Below are positions 37,586 to 58,860 of a stretch of DNA of 64,000 nucleotides, one piece after another. The stretch's first letter is position 1. Every line of letters starts with the position of its first letter. Origin of the DNA: the human T2T-CHM13v2.0 reference genome, Homo sapiens. The notes beneath the pieces were generated by a model. It was given only the letters and a program-made list of their open reading frames with translations, was not told where the DNA came from and ran no database searches. The position numbers and the translations under genes were made by a program. Where the stretch lies: NCBI RefSeq assembly GCF_009914755.1, contig NC_060946.1. One strand, 5' to 3'.

Positions 37586-40500
37586 CTGAAAGCAAAAGGA
37601 GATGTGTGCTGTGAGTCCTGCCTGTGCAGTCGCAGTCTCCCTGGCCAGCATGGTTCAGACCACTCAGGGCTGCAAGGCCGGAGGGGGGGCCTGTAGCACA
37701 GAGTCCGGCAATGCAGGCTTTCTTTAGAGCCCTATGAAACACTGCCGCTCGCATCAAATGGGTCCCGTGTGCTTCTTATTAAAATTATGCCGTGGCAGTT
37801 TTTGTTTTTTAAGTTACTATTGTGAAATGGAGGCCCTCTTCATTGCATTTTCTAACAGGTCATTGCTAGCACAGCAAAGGGTCCTGCATAAATTAAAATC
37901 CCTCAGCAGTTCCAGCCCCATGGGGATGGCCCATGAAAGAGTTCTCTCCAGAGCCCAGGCTGCCCCTACCCCTTCCTTGAGGGCCTTCTCTCCCAGTATG
38001 AAGGAGACCCACGTGTGCAACCTTCCTCTGCAGCCCTTGTCCTGGGGCCTGAGCTGCCTATCTGTCCCCCTGCCTGCTGGTCCCCCATGGCTGTGAAGGC
38101 CTCCAGGCCAGGACCTCAGTATGTTCCTGTCTGGCTCTTTGGTGCTTGGCACAGGCCCTGGTGTGCAGCAGGTCTCAGTGCATGGCTAGAAGGTGTCAAC
38201 AGGCAGCTGAAGATGAGGAAATAACTATAGTTTTATACAGCATGATCTAATAGTAATTTGCACACCAGTGCTTCCACCCACACACTCTCTTTTGTCCTCC
38301 AACCCCCTTGTGAAAAAGGAGAACCACACTCCTCCCATCTCACAAGGTGAAGGGCAGACTCAGAGAAGGGGAGTGACTTACCCAAGGCCATGGTGCAGGG
38401 GAGAGGGCCCTCATGGGCCCGCCCACCTCCCACTCTGTACAGGTGTACCCTGATGTGTCATGAAGGGCATCGGGTACAAGGTCAGGTCAGATGGGAAACA
38501 AACTTGGTCTGCAAGGCTGCACACAGACAGACGCCTGCCAGCAAGTGCACTCTGGCTGCAGATGGCGAGTGGGGCCTCGGCTCCCCAAGGGAGGTCACAG
38601 GGAGGGTTAGGAGGCCTCCTGCAAAGCCTCCTTCCCTGAACCTGAACCGGCAGTCAGCGCCACCTGACGAGCCCCTCTCCAGCAGGTTGGTTCTGCTAGT
38701 GTCATAGACTTTGCAATGGTTTTTATTTAATAAAAAATCCACATGCTTTTTTGCTCATGATGAAGTAACAAACATTCAATGTGAAATGCTTGAAAAATAC
38801 AAAAGTTTGAAAAGACAATAAACAATAAAGGCCATATTTAACTATGCGAGCATCTGCCCCCTCACCAAGTCTCTTTTCTACACAAATCTTTAAGAATACT
38901 GGGATCACATCAGACACTCCATTTCACGACTTGCTTTGTAAGCTTAAGACTATAAACAGCTTTCTATATTTTTAAATGGGCTTAGGAACATGACTTTTGA
39001 TGGCTGCATAGTATTCCACAAATGGATTTCTTTCGTCCCCATAATCTCTATGGTTTGAGGTTAGGCTGTTTGCATTTTTTTCATTATTCTAGAAAAGGCT
39101 GCCTTAAACACCTTGTACACAAGTGCGTATGTAGTCTCATTTCTGAGACTCTGGATACTCACTCAGTACTCAATAAGCATAGTTCCATAGCTCCTGTCAG
39201 GCATGTGATGGGGATGGGTTGCTATTCGACTGGGAATCACTAAAATATAAAATATGCTACCTGTGTCCGAGACACTTTCAACAGAAAGTGAAGACCTCAA
39301 AGGGAGAAGCATCTTCAAGGCTTGTGTTTTTTGGTAGAGGTGTCTTTGGGGTACTTTACCACCCCAAAATACAACCTAAGGACCTCAGTGTGGGACAGTA
39401 ACTGGCACCACGACAGGCCTGATGCTGTAAACACGCAGTACTTGGGGACCATCAGCTCTTTAGGACTGGTCCCATGTCCTAAGCCATGCTACCTGCAGCA
39501 CCCGACACTCTGGGTAGGAGACTCGACCCACAGACTCGCTGGTAGCTCTGATGCAGGGATGCAGCCACTGGGATGGGGCATCAGCACTTGGTGGAGAAGG
39601 GAAGAGCCACCTGAGCTTCTGGGCCTGAGACTGGAAACTGAGAAAGAACAGAGGGGCTTTCTGGCAGATGGAGCAGCTTTGGCAAAGGGCAAAGGCAGAC
39701 ATATCTGGGATAAACCTGAGGCCAGGCCTGAGCGTGGCTGGAGAATGTCACTGAACTTAAATTCAACATCTCCCTCTGCTCAAATGGGCAAGACCTGTGG
39801 CTCCACTTTGTATCCTGGCCTCTTCCCCAAGCCAAGCACAGTACCTGGTAAAATTGCTCACAGAAAGACAAGATGAACTGAGGGCAGAGGAAAGGGAAGA
39901 GAAAGAAGAGATAACAGAGGGACAGTGCTGCCAGGTCACATGGGCACCAAAGACCAGGTTGTTACATGTTGACTGAGTGAAGTCATCTGCCCCCTGGGGT
40001 GGGAGACCAGGTGAAATATTTCAGAAACATAACCAGAAAGCCAAATGGTGATAAAGGACACCACTCTGTTGAGCAGGCTTCTCTGGGTTTAGGTGGCAAT
40101 TGTGAGCCCTTTCTTTTTTCCATCATGCATCTCCATATCCAAATGCTCACATTCATCCCCTCACCCCCACGTTTATTCAATGCCCATTCTGGGCCCACCA
40201 TGGAAACCTGCCAGCACAGACACAGGCCTTTGCCAGCAAGAAGGGGAAGGGCTTGGCTGTCAAGATGATGCTGATGTCAGACAGTGTCCTGGGGGAGAGT
40301 CTGGGGGCCAGGCTGGGGAATGCGCATAGCACAGGACAGAACCCTTACAGACCTCTCAGGCCTGCCTCTGACAGTAGAGAATGTCCCTCTTCCTGCGGAG
40401 GGCCAGCCTTTGGTAAGCTGGGGGGCCTCTTCCACCTCCACCAGGGCCATGGGGCCCGAGCAGCCCTGCCTCACAGCCCAGCTGGGGACCTGGTGCAGGG

Positions 40501-40649
40501 GTCACTGTAGCACCCAGAGCCACATCTGCTCCGACTCTGGGCTCCATGACCTGTGCAGCTCGGAGCACATGTGCCCCTCCTGCCTCCAGCACCACTAGAG
40601 TGCCACGCTGCTGCTTCCCCAGCACAGGAACACACTGGAGAGCAAGTTC

Positions 40650-43800
<3,151 letters not shown>

Positions 43801-44504
43801 TGTTGTGCCAACAAAAAGGAAACGGAGTGCTCCTGCATGGCCCAGCTAGGAGCAGCACTGAAAGCAGGCAAGACCTCACAGAGCACAGGGCCCAGACTCA
43901 CCCACCAGGCTTAGGGAAGAATCAGCAGAGAATGCCTAAAACCACGGAATTTAAAGACACACAGATAAATACCAAATGAAACAGCTAAAACAATGTTTGC
44001 CTTGAAAATTAGAGGGGTTCATAGGGTTTGCTATTAAAAAAAAGACTTACAGAATCATTTGAATATTCAAATTGTATGCATAAGTAACTTGAATAAAGAC
44101 AAAACTAAAAATTTGAAGTAGACAATCAAAATCAGTTCCTCTACAGATCTGGGATGCCCCGCCCCACCTTTTTTTTACATCGGAGCTGCCGCTGAGGCGT
44201 CTACTGCTCTGATTCCTGATCCTTTTATTGTGACCCAGGTTTCCCGCTACAGGGGTTGATGTCCTCTGCATTACCAACGTGCTGCAGCTGCACAAGGAGG
44301 TAATTTATACAGGCCTTTTTAAAATTATTGTGCCAGTCCCTTCCAATCCAAGGATACAATCTTTCATTTCTGGGAAATTTTCTTATATAACTTCTTTGCT
44401 AATTCCCTCCTCCCCCATCTCCTCTATTTTCTTTTAAGGAATTTGTATTAATCAGATATTGGATTTTCTGAACTCATTTTTAACCACTTAAGAGTGTACA
44501 GTTG

Positions 44505-44838
<334 letters not shown>

Positions 44839-45318
44839 TTATTAAGTACCTTCACATTAGTTCCATAACAACCATCACCACCATCCATCTCCAGAACTTT
44901 TCATCTTACCAAACAAACTCCGTATCCATTAAACATTACCTCCCAATTTTTCTCTCCTCCCAGCCCCTGGCAACCACAATTCTACTTCCTGTATCTATGC
45001 ATTTGAGTATCTTGATAGCACATCTAAATGGAAACATACAGTATTTGTTATTTTGTGACAGGCTTATTTCACTGAGCATATCCTCAAAGTCCATCCATGC
45101 TGTAGCATGTGTCAGAATTCCTTCCTTTTTAAGGTAAACCATATTCCACCGGATGGATAGACTACCTTGTTGTTGATCCATTCATCTGTGATGGACACTT
45201 GGGTTGCTTCCACCTTTTGGCTACTATGAGTAATGCTGCTATGAACTTGGGTGTACAAATCTCTCTTCAAGTCTCTGCTTCCAATTCTTTGGAGTCGAAC
45301 TGCTAAGTTGTATGATAA

Positions 45319-45471
<153 letters not shown>

Positions 45472-45474
45472 TGA

Positions 45475-45895
<421 letters not shown>

Positions 45896-45929
45896 TAACA
45901 ACACCGCAGAGGGATTCCACTTTTTCTAA

Positions 45930-46259
<330 letters not shown>

Positions 46260-47134
46260 TAATTTTTTGTGTTTTTTAGTAGAGACGGGGTTTCACCGTG
46301 TTAGCCAGGATGGTCTCGATCTCCTGACCTTGTGATCCGCCGGCCTCCCAAAGTGCTGTGATTACAGGCGTGAGCCGCCGCACCCAGTCCTTTGCACATT
46401 TTTTAACCAGGATATTTATTATTATTGAGCTGTGGGAATTCTTTTTATATTTTAAATATTAACCCTTACCAGATATGAGTTTCAAATGTTTTCCATTCTG
46501 TAGGCTGCCTTTTCACTCTGTTGAGTGCTTCTTTTAATTAATAGAAGTTTTAAATTTTGACGTAGCTTAATTTATCTATTGTTTCTTTTGTTGCCTGTGA
46601 TTTAAGTGTCTTATGTAAGAAATCATTGCCAAATCCAGTGTCACGAAGACTTTATTATGTTTTTCTAAGAATTTTATAGTTTAAGGTCTTAAGTTTAAGC
46701 CTGATCCATTTTGGGTTAAGTTTTGTATATCATTAGCTAAGGGTCTAACTTTATTCTTTTGATTTGTATGTCCAGTTTTCCTAGCACCATTCATTCTGAA
46801 AAGACACTTTTTCCCTCACTGAAAGGTAATGGCATCCTTGTGGAAAATAATTTGACCATTGTATGCAAGGACTTATTGCTAAGGCTCTGTATTCTATTCC
46901 ATTGGTCTATATGTCTGTCTTTATACCAATACTACAATGTTTGGATTACTGCAGCTTTGTAGTAAGGTTTAAAGTCAGGAATTATGAGGATTTCATATTT
47001 CTTCTTCTTTTTCAAGACTGTTCTGGCTCTTTGGAGTCTGCTGAGATTCTATGAACATTAGGATAAATTTTTCTACTTCAGCAAAAAAAACTTGTTGGCA
47101 TTTTAATAGGGATTGAATCTGTAGATTGCTTTAG

Positions 47135-47413
<279 letters not shown>

Positions 47414-47571
47414 TGAACTCCTGACCTCAAGTGATCCACCCGCCTTGGCCTCCCAAAATGCTGGGATTACAGGTGTGAGCTACCACACCCAGTGTCTTCT
47501 TTAATTTCTTTTAACATTTTGTAGTTGTCAGTGTTTTCAGTCTTTCATGTGTACTTAAGAATATTCTTTAG

Positions 47572-47671
47572 TACAGACAGACCCCCAACTTATGATAGTT
47601 TGACTAAAAAATTTTTCAACTTTACAATAGGTTTAAGACATAAATCTGTTATAAGTTGAGGAATATCTGTA
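47572..47671. mobile_element. Short Tigger3/MER8-like MITE
   Basis: TA-CAGA...CAACTTAT and ATAAGTTGAGGAATATCTG-TA form decayed terminal inverted repeats with TA flanks. Confidence 0.6.
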
Positions 47672-48570
47672 TTTTATTCTTTGTACTATTACTGTAAATG
47701 GAATTATTTTCTTAATTTCCTCTTCAGATAGCTGAGTTAGTGTACATAAATATAAATACAACTGATTTTGTGTTTTGACTTTGTGCCCTGCAATTTTGCT
47801 GAATTCATTTATTAGTTCTAACCATGTTTCTGTGAAATCTTTAAGGTTTTTATATATAAAATCATGTCGTCACACATACAAACAGGGATAACTTTACTTC
47901 TCCCTTTCCAATTTTGATGGCTTTCTCTTCTTGATTAATTACTGTGGGCAATTAACTTCAATACTATGGTGAATAAGTGGTGAAAGCAGACATCCTTGTC
48001 TTGTCTCTGATCTTAGAGGAAAAGCTTTCAGTCTTTGACCACTGACTGATTTTAGTTTGCTGAGACATCCTTGCATTACATTTGGTCCAAGCCTTTTGAC
48101 AGACTGCTAAACTTGGTTAACTTGGTTTTGCTAGTATTTTGTTGAGGATTTTGTATCAATATTCACAAAGGATATTGGTCTGTAATTTTCTAGTAGTATT
48201 ACTGTCTGGCTTTGGTATCAGGGCATGTTAGAGTCACAGAATGAATTCACTTGAGAAGGACTGATGTTAATTCTTCTTTAAACGTTTGGAGAATTCATCA
48301 GTGAAGCCATGTGGTTCAGGACTTTTCTTTGTTGAGAGGTTTTTGATTACTGATTCAATCTCCTTATTAATTATAGTCCTATTCAGATTTTCTATTTCCT
48401 CATGATTCAGTCTTGGCAGGTTGTATGTTTCTAGGAATGTGTCCGCTTCATTTAGGTTAAGCAATTTGTTAATGTACAATTCTTAACAGTATTCTCTTAT
48501 AATCCTGGCATCAAGTAATCCTCCCACCTTGAACTCCCAAAGCACTGAGATGACAGATATGAGCCCAGCC

Positions 48571-48731
48571 CAAAATCCAAAACTCTTGAGTGCCAACGTT
48601 GTACTCAAAGGAAATGCTCACTGGAGTGTTCAACTGGTAAGTATAATGTAAATATTCCAAAATCAGAAAAAAATCCAAAATCCAAAACACTTCTGGTCCC
48701 AAACATTTCAGTTAAGGGATACTCAATCTGT
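48571..48731. mobile_element. Tigger4/MER46-like DNA transposon fragment
   Basis: AAATCCAAAACACTTCTGGTCCCAAACATTTCAGTTAAGGGATACTCAATCTG-TA terminal sequence. Confidence 0.75.
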
Positions 48732-49639
48732 ATTTTGAATGTGGCTTTTTCTTGATTAGGCATTTTCTTAGCTGGGCTAAGAAACCTCTGACTGTTTTCC
48801 AGAGCTTCTATAAAGTTATTCCATCTAGTCCCTAGTTGCTTATTAATGTTTTCTATGGTGGAACGAGAACCTGGAGCTTCCTGGACTGCCATTTTACCAA
48901 TGTCAGAATACATTTTTTTAAGTTTTATTACATGAATAAAGTAACTGCTAATTGAGGGATTACTGTGTGCTACATTCTTGTCTAATCCCTTTATATGTAG
49001 CATGTAATGTAATCCTCACAACAACCCCAAGTGACAGGCACTATTATTTTCTCCATTTTATGGATGCAATTTGCCCAAAGGATCACAGCCAGTAAGTGGT
49101 GAAAGCAGGGGAGCAGCCCCAGTCCCTGGCTCAAGCCCCCACATTTAACCACGATATGACATACAGCAGAGCTGGCTGCCTCAGGCCACTTTGCTGTGGC
49201 CCTTCTGGTCTGGTGTGCTTTGTTCAGACTCTGGCGAATATCCACAGTGGATGTTTTCTTCTAGATCTGGTCAGCACTGGTTGTCTTTCATCATAAGAGG
49301 AAGGTGACCCAGCTAGCCAGAGGCTCTAGTGAGCCTAGTGGGCTAGACGCTTGTCAGGGACCACGGTGGGAGAGCTAGTCTTTCAGTTGGAAACCTTCCA
49401 TTATGTTGACACTTTTCTACCTCTTGTATGAAGTGCCAGTGTCTCTAGAAAAGACTCCTCCAATCTCCTGTCTGGGAAAACACCTGGCTGCTGACATCTG
49501 GAGAGCAGGGCAGAAGACAGGCCTGAGCATCCTACTTATTACCTACTTGTCACTACAGAGAATTTCTCTTAATTCCTCTATTTTCAACCTCCACGACTCC
49601 CCTCTGTTGTACCTGGTGTCACTTATTTTGCAGACTTTA

Positions 49640-49905
49640 AGTGCTGTCTAATAGAAACACAATGCAAACCACATTTCAACAAGTAGAAACAAACATGAAA
49701 TTAATTTTAATACTTTATCTAACCCAATATATTCAAAATACTATTACTGCAACATGGAAACAATATAAAGAAGTATTCATGGGATGTTTTACATTCTTTT
49801 TTTGTACTAGGTCTTTCCTATTTGGTGTGTATTTTACACCTGCTGCACATCTTCCTTCAAAACAGCCACATGTGACTCATGGCTACTACACTGGACAGTG
49901 TTGGT
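49640..49905. mobile_element. MER3/MER33-like hAT-Charlie element
   Basis: GTGCTGTCTAATAGAA start and CAGCCACATGTGACTCATGGCTACTACACTGGACAG end. Confidence 0.7.
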
Positions 49906-49924
49906 CTAGAAAATCAACTCCTGC

Positions 49925-53020
<3,096 letters not shown>

Positions 53021-53039
53021 TTATATCAAAGATGGTTCC

Positions 53040-54450
53040 CCTCTCCCTCTCCCTCTCCCCCCTCCCCCTCCCCCTCCCCCTCTCCCTCTCCCTCTCCCCA
53101 CGGTCTCCCTCTCCCTCTCTTTCCACGGTCTCCCTCTGATGCCGAGCTGAAGCTGGACTGTACTGCTGCCATCTCGGCTCACTGCAACCTCCCTGCCTGA
53201 TTCTCCTGCCTCAGCCTGCCGAGTGCCTGCGATTGCAGGCACGCGCCGCCATGCCTGACTGGTTTTCATATTTTTTTTGGTGGAGACGGGGTTTTGCTGT
53301 GTTGGCCGGGCTAGTCTCCAGCTCCTAACCTTGAGTGATCCGCCAGCCTCGGCCTCCCGAGGTGCCGGGATTGCAGATGGAGTCTCGTTCACTCAGTGCT
53401 CAATGTTGCCCAGGCCGGAGTGCAGTGGCGTGATCTCGGCTCGCTACAACCTCCACCTCCCAGCCGCCTGCCTTGGCCTCCCAAAGTGCCGAGATTGCAG
53501 CCTCTGCCCGGCCACCACCCCGTCTGGGAAGTGAGGAGTGTCTCTGCCTGGCCGCCCATCATCTGGGATGTGAGGAGCCCCTCTGACCGGCCGCCCAGTC
53601 TGGGAAGTGAGGAGCGCCTCTTCCCTGTCGCCATCCCATCTAGGAAGTGAGGAGTGTCTCTGCCCGGCCGCCCATCATCTGAGATATGGGGAGCGCCTCT
53701 GCCCCGCCGCCCCGTCTGGGATGTGAAGAGCACCTCTGCCCGGCCACGACCCCGTCTGGGAGGTGAGGAGCGTCTCCGCCCGGCCACCCCGTCTGAGAAG
53801 TGAGGAGCCCCTCCGCCCGGCAGCCGCCCCGTCTGAGAAGTGAGGGGCCCCTCTGCCCGGGAGCCGCCCCGTCTGAGAAGTGAGGAGCCCCTCCGCCCGG
53901 CAGCCGCCCCGTCTGAGAAGTGAGGAGCCCCTCCGCCCGGCAGCCACCCCGTCTGAGAAGTGAGGAGCCCCTCCGCCCGGCAGCCGCCCCGTCTGGGAAG
54001 TGAGGAGCGTCTCCGCCCGGCAGCCACCCCATCCGGGAGGGAGGTGGGGGTCAGCCCCCGCCCGGCCAGCCGCCCCGTCCGGGAGGGAGGTGGGGGGTCA
54101 GCCCCCGCCCGGCCAGCCGCCCCGTCCGGGAAGGAGGTGGGGGGCGCCTCCGCCCGGCCAGCCGCCCCGTCCGGGAGGTGGGGGGCGCCTCTGCCCAGCC
54201 GCCCCTTCTGGGAAGTGAGGAGCCCCTCTGCCCGGCCACCACCCCATCTGGGAGGTGTACCCAACAGCTCATTGAGAACGGGCCATGATGACAATGGCGG
54301 TTTTGTGGAATAGAAAAGGGGGAAACGTGGGGAAAAGATTGAGAAATCGGATGGTTGCTGTGTCTGTGCAGAAAGAAGTAGACATGGGAGACTTTTCATT
54401 TTGTTCTGTACTAAGAAAAATTCTTCTGCCTTGGAAAAAAAAAAAAAAAA
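53040..54450 (+). mobile_element. SVA retrotransposon (D-like), 5'-intact, SINE-R truncated
   Basis: (CCCTCT)n hexamers from 53040, antisense Alu-like domain, GC-rich VNTR (~53500-54255), ~180 nt of SINE-R, poly(A) at 54435-54450. TSD CAAAGATGGTTCC at 53027-53039 and 54451-54463. Confidence 0.97.
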
Positions 54451-55525
54451 CAAAGATGGTTCCACTGGGAAAACAGAAACCATGCTAAGGGATTTCTAAC
54501 ACGAAGGGTTTAATACAGAAAATAGGTGCTTTCAAAACAACTGGCAAGGCTATATAGTGTGAGCAAAAGTAAAGTGGGCTAACTCCCCATCTAATTCCCA
54601 CAGTCATTGTCAAGAGTCAGGAAGCTACTACTGCCATCTATAGGTTAGGAAACTGCAAAAATCTGCTGCCAATACTGCAGCTGCTCTGCAGCCCTGAGAC
54701 AGCTGGCCAGTGGGGGAAGGCAGAAGCCACTGCAAAAAGTCACCTCAAAAATCTAAGCCCATGCACACCCCCAACATACACTATGGCCTGAGGAAGAAAG
54801 GTTCCACCTCCCTTCCACTTGCCACATTTCCCAAGACACATGTCATAGGGCAAATGACACACAGAAGCCTGCTGCCAGGTGGTTCTGAGTGCTACTGCTC
54901 CAGTATTCCAGCCTCTGAAACCCACGGACAAGCCCAGAAGGGAGTGAGTGGGAAGGTACTGAATGCCCAGGCTGTACCTAGCATGTCATTTCCCTCTTTT
55001 CAAAAACATGCAGAAATTACTGATCTACTGTTACATCTTTCCCCTTTTTTTGTCCCTTTGGTTTTACATTTTTTATACTCCTTTTTAGCAGGCTTTTAGC
55101 AGGGCAATGAAGTAACCCCATAAGGTAACTCCAGAAGTCCTGAAGTCTAGTTCAAAAGCAACTTGACTGAGAATGGCCCAGGGCTTCCCTAGGGGTTACT
55201 GAAACTCTCCTCATACAAAGGAAGGTCACAGCTTTTGAGCAAGGGTGGTTATTAGCTAACTCTCTACTTCCCCCACAAACACAAAGAGTTTCCTTTTTTG
55301 AGAGGGGAGGAGGTTGGGGGAAGGGAGAGTGTCAATGAGGACTTGACTCTATATCTATGATTTTTTAAAAATTTCTTTTAAAATAAACTAGAAAAAAAAT
55401 CACAAGATTTAGCAGTCATTAATTCAAGGAAGTAAGAAAATACGTATTACACATTCTTTGTACATTTTTATGACTTAATTTGCTCAGAATCTCAACTTTA
55501 AGAACAATTAGAAATCAACCTGCTT

Positions 55526-55822
55526 GGCCGGGCACAGTGACTCACGCCTGTAATCCCAGCACTTTGGGAGGCCGAGGAGGGCGGATCACAAGGTCAGGAG
55601 ATCGAGACGATCCTGACTAGCACGGTGAAACCCTGTCTCTACTAAAAATACAAAAAAAATTAGCCGGGTGTGGTAGCAGGCGCCTGTAATCCCAGCTACT
55701 CAGGAGGCTGAGGCAGGAGAATGGCATGAACCCGGGAGGCGGAGCTTGCAGTGAGCCCAGATGGCGCCACTGCACTCCAGCCTGGGCAACAAAGCGAGAC
55801 TCCATCTCAAATAAAAAAAAAA
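55526..55822 (+). mobile_element. AluY with TSD
   Basis: TSD AGAAATCAA(C/T)CTGCT at 55510-55524 and 55822-55836. Confidence 0.94.
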
Positions 55823-56726
55823 GAAATCAATCTGCTCACCCTCCAGACTGTGACACAGCACTATACAAGGACAATCATAGGACCGTGAGTCAAGGAGAAG
55901 CAGGGTGAGCCTTGTCAGGGCAGTGGCCTCCTCAGCCCACCCAGAACACTCCTAGGCCCTACCAAGCCTCAGGGGGCTTGCACACACGGGTCCTCATTGT
56001 CATGCCTTCACTGCTCAACCCTGGTGCAGGCCACCACTCGTAACTTTCGGCTTCTATGAGAGATTTTATTTTTCTGTCTAGGGAAAACATATGGCAACCA
56101 ATGTAACTTCAAGCCAATACTCAAGTGCAAAGTTGATGCCTGCTCCATGCCAGGCCATGTGGTCAAGAGAAATAAAACCTACTCCTTGCCTTCAACAAGT
56201 CTTCAGAGCGTGGAAAGATGAACAAGGTGGCAACTATGAGTGTGGATACCACTATGTTCAGCGTGTGTAACAGGACAGTTATTACAAACAACTACAAAAG
56301 CAAAGCCAAATGGCACTTTGAGAACAACAAATAAACTCTGCTTCCATTTGAAAGCAAACCAAGAATCATCTGGTTCTCTCTTCAGGAATTCTCCAAGAGG
56401 CTGGATATAAGGTCTCACTCTATGAGTCAGACAAGGGGAGGCTCCCACTCATAACCACATGGTCGTCCCCAGGCTGACCAACCAGGGAACTTCAGCAGCC
56501 CAAGCACTGGGAAGCCCACTGGGAATCCACTTTCTCTGGGCTTTGACCCCAAAGACCCACCAGAGAGGCCCCCAGACAAAGGACTGTCCCAGAGGCTCCT
56601 GACCGGGCCAACACCATCCAAACCCTCATTTGGAAAGGCAAACACCTCTACCAGAGACACGCATAATCTGATGAAGAATGGGCTCCAGAGATGATCAGGA
56701 GGGGCCCCCTCTAAACAGCATTCTTT

Positions 56727-57314
56727 TCTTTTTTTTTGAAACAGAATCTCACTCTGTCGCCCAGGCTGGAGCGCACTGGCATGATCTCAGCTCACTGCAA
56801 CCTCTACCTCCTGGATTCAAGTGATTCTCCTGCCTCAGCTGGGATTACAGGTGCTCGCCACCACGCCCAGCTAATTTTTGTATTTTTAGTAGAGATGAGA
56901 TTTCACGATGTCAGCCAGACTGGTCTGAAACTCCTGACCTTAAGTGATCCTGCCTGCCTCGGCCTCCAAAAGTGTTGGGATTATAAGGCATGAGCCACTG
57001 CACCTGGCTTTTTTTTTTTTTTTTTTTTGCCTTTGAGACAGAGTCTTGTTCTGCAGCCCAGGATAAAGTGCAGTGGCACAATCTTGACTCACTGCAATCT
57101 CCTCCTCCCAGGTTCAAGCAATTCTTGTGCCTCAGCCTCCTGAGTAGCTGGGATTATAGGTGTGCAGCACCACACCTGGCCAATTTTTGTATTTTTATTA
57201 GAAACGGGGTTTCACTATGTTGGCCAAGCTGATCTCAAACTCCTGGCCTAAAGCGATCCACCCACCTCAGCCTCCCAAAGTGTTGGGTTACAGGTGTGAG
57301 CCTTCGCACCCTGC
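56727..57314 (-). mobile_element. Two head-to-tail Alus inside one TSD pair
   Basis: TSD CTAAACAGCATTCTTT at 56711-56726 and 57315-57330. The Alus join near 57009. Confidence 0.9.
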
Positions 57315-58699
57315 CTAAACAGCATTCTTTACAGGCAAATACAATCTGACCAGACCATCTCTGCTTCTTATTTTGGAACCCCCCCTCAAAGAACTACCAC
57401 AAGTTCAAATGTCACCTAATCCCCTACCTAATACCCTGGTTGGAATGAATTGGTTTTCCTTCAGTACTAAGCCTATAGGAATTACAGCACACCTTTCATG
57501 TCCTAGGCCAAGTCCCACTAAGGAAGGAGAAAGGTCTCTGCCCCCTGGGAACTCATGGTCTGGATGGAAAAATCAAGCCTGGGCACCAGGAATGGTGAGA
57601 ATTACCAATGGTTCTGATGCTATAAGAGAGGGACGAATGGGGGACTGGAAGAAGCCAATCTATAAAATGAGGGACCACAGACATTCTCCCACTGGGGTAA
57701 CATCTGAGCTACACCTTGAAGGATGGTAAGGCTTGTCTATGCAGAAACAGAACAAGAGAATTCCAGGAAAACATAAAGGAAGCACACATCTACAAGATTA
57801 TTAATGGGGTGGGCACAAGAAACAGCCCAGCTGAGCCACTGAAGGGGAAGTAGTGATAAATCAGGTTGGCAAAGCAGACCTAAACCAGCTTGTGAAGGAG
57901 TCTGCATGTCTGGCCAAAGCATTTAAGCCTGTGATTCTCAAGCTGGGGTAAGACACACTTTCCCCTTAGTGGCTTTATCAGCACCACCTAGTCTTAAAAA
58001 CGAATTCATGGATACATGTATATGTATGTCTCACACATTCACACACACATGCACAAGTACTCACTACACCTCCCACCCAACCAAAGTTGAGAACAACGGA
58101 TCCAGTGAACATTGTTATTCATGGGGTGCCCTGTATTCCTTGAGGGTGCTGAGGCAGAAACCAGGTGAAGAACCTGGTTCTCCGATTTAGCCTTTTTGTG
58201 GCCTTTCCATACATCTTTAGGAGACTACATAATGGCCAGGAGAGAACCTGTGAGTGCAAAGTTCCAGGTGAATGAGTGAGCAGGAGGGGAGGGCGTGCCA
58301 AGGCCAGTCTAAAAGAGCACATTCAGGATCAAGAGGCACCCACATCCAGAGCCAGGATGGGGATAAGGTCAGAGAGGTGGCCAAGGTGCCACCCCTCAGG
58401 AGGGGTTCACACTCAAGATCATCCAAGTCCAGGGAGTGCAGCGCCTCCTTAAGTGGAGCCTCCTGGGCATCTCACGGGCCTCCCCACAGCCCTGCCATCT
58501 TGCAAGTTCTGGGATCTGCCTAGGTTGGGCACTTATTTTTTAAAAAGACAGAAAGACAGAGAGAGAGGAAGGGGTCGGCTCAAACTAACTTTCCAATGTG
58601 TTAAGACAGCACACAACTCCACCCCTCACAAGAGGCACAGTCACCCAGCTACAACAAAGAGACAAGGTGGTGTGTACCCCGCCTACTCAACACACTCAC

Positions 58700-58822
58700 C
58701 TGGACAGTTGGCTTCGTCGCTCTCATCCTCGCAAGTCGCCCAGCCGTCACACTGCCAGGGGAGGGGGATGCACTGGATGGTGCCGCTGCGACACGCAAAC
58801 TGCCCAGGGTTGCACCGCAGCT
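58700..58822 (-). CDS. DGCR2: DGCR2 exon 2 (LDL-receptor class A repeat)
   Basis: tcccacag acceptor, GTGAGT donor, 123 nt. Encodes [41 protein letters not shown] (6 Cys, SDE motif). Confidence 0.98.
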
Positions 58823-58860
58823 CTGTGGGACCAAAGGGTGAGAGGCCATTGAGGAAGTGG

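Noticed and set aside
53500-54255. Regularly spaced ~40-bp repeats resembling an array
   Set aside because: This is the SVA VNTR. There are no unique spacers and the DNA is eukaryotic, so it is not CRISPR.
53389-54483. 364-aa minus-strand ORF and overlapping ORFs
   Set aside because: These lie entirely within the SVA VNTR/Alu-like domain. They are repetitive GC-rich translations typical of SVA, not a gene.
56711-57330. Two Alus within one TSD pair as a co-mobilised tetramer
   Set aside because: More simply explained by a younger Alu inserting into the poly(A) tail of an older one.
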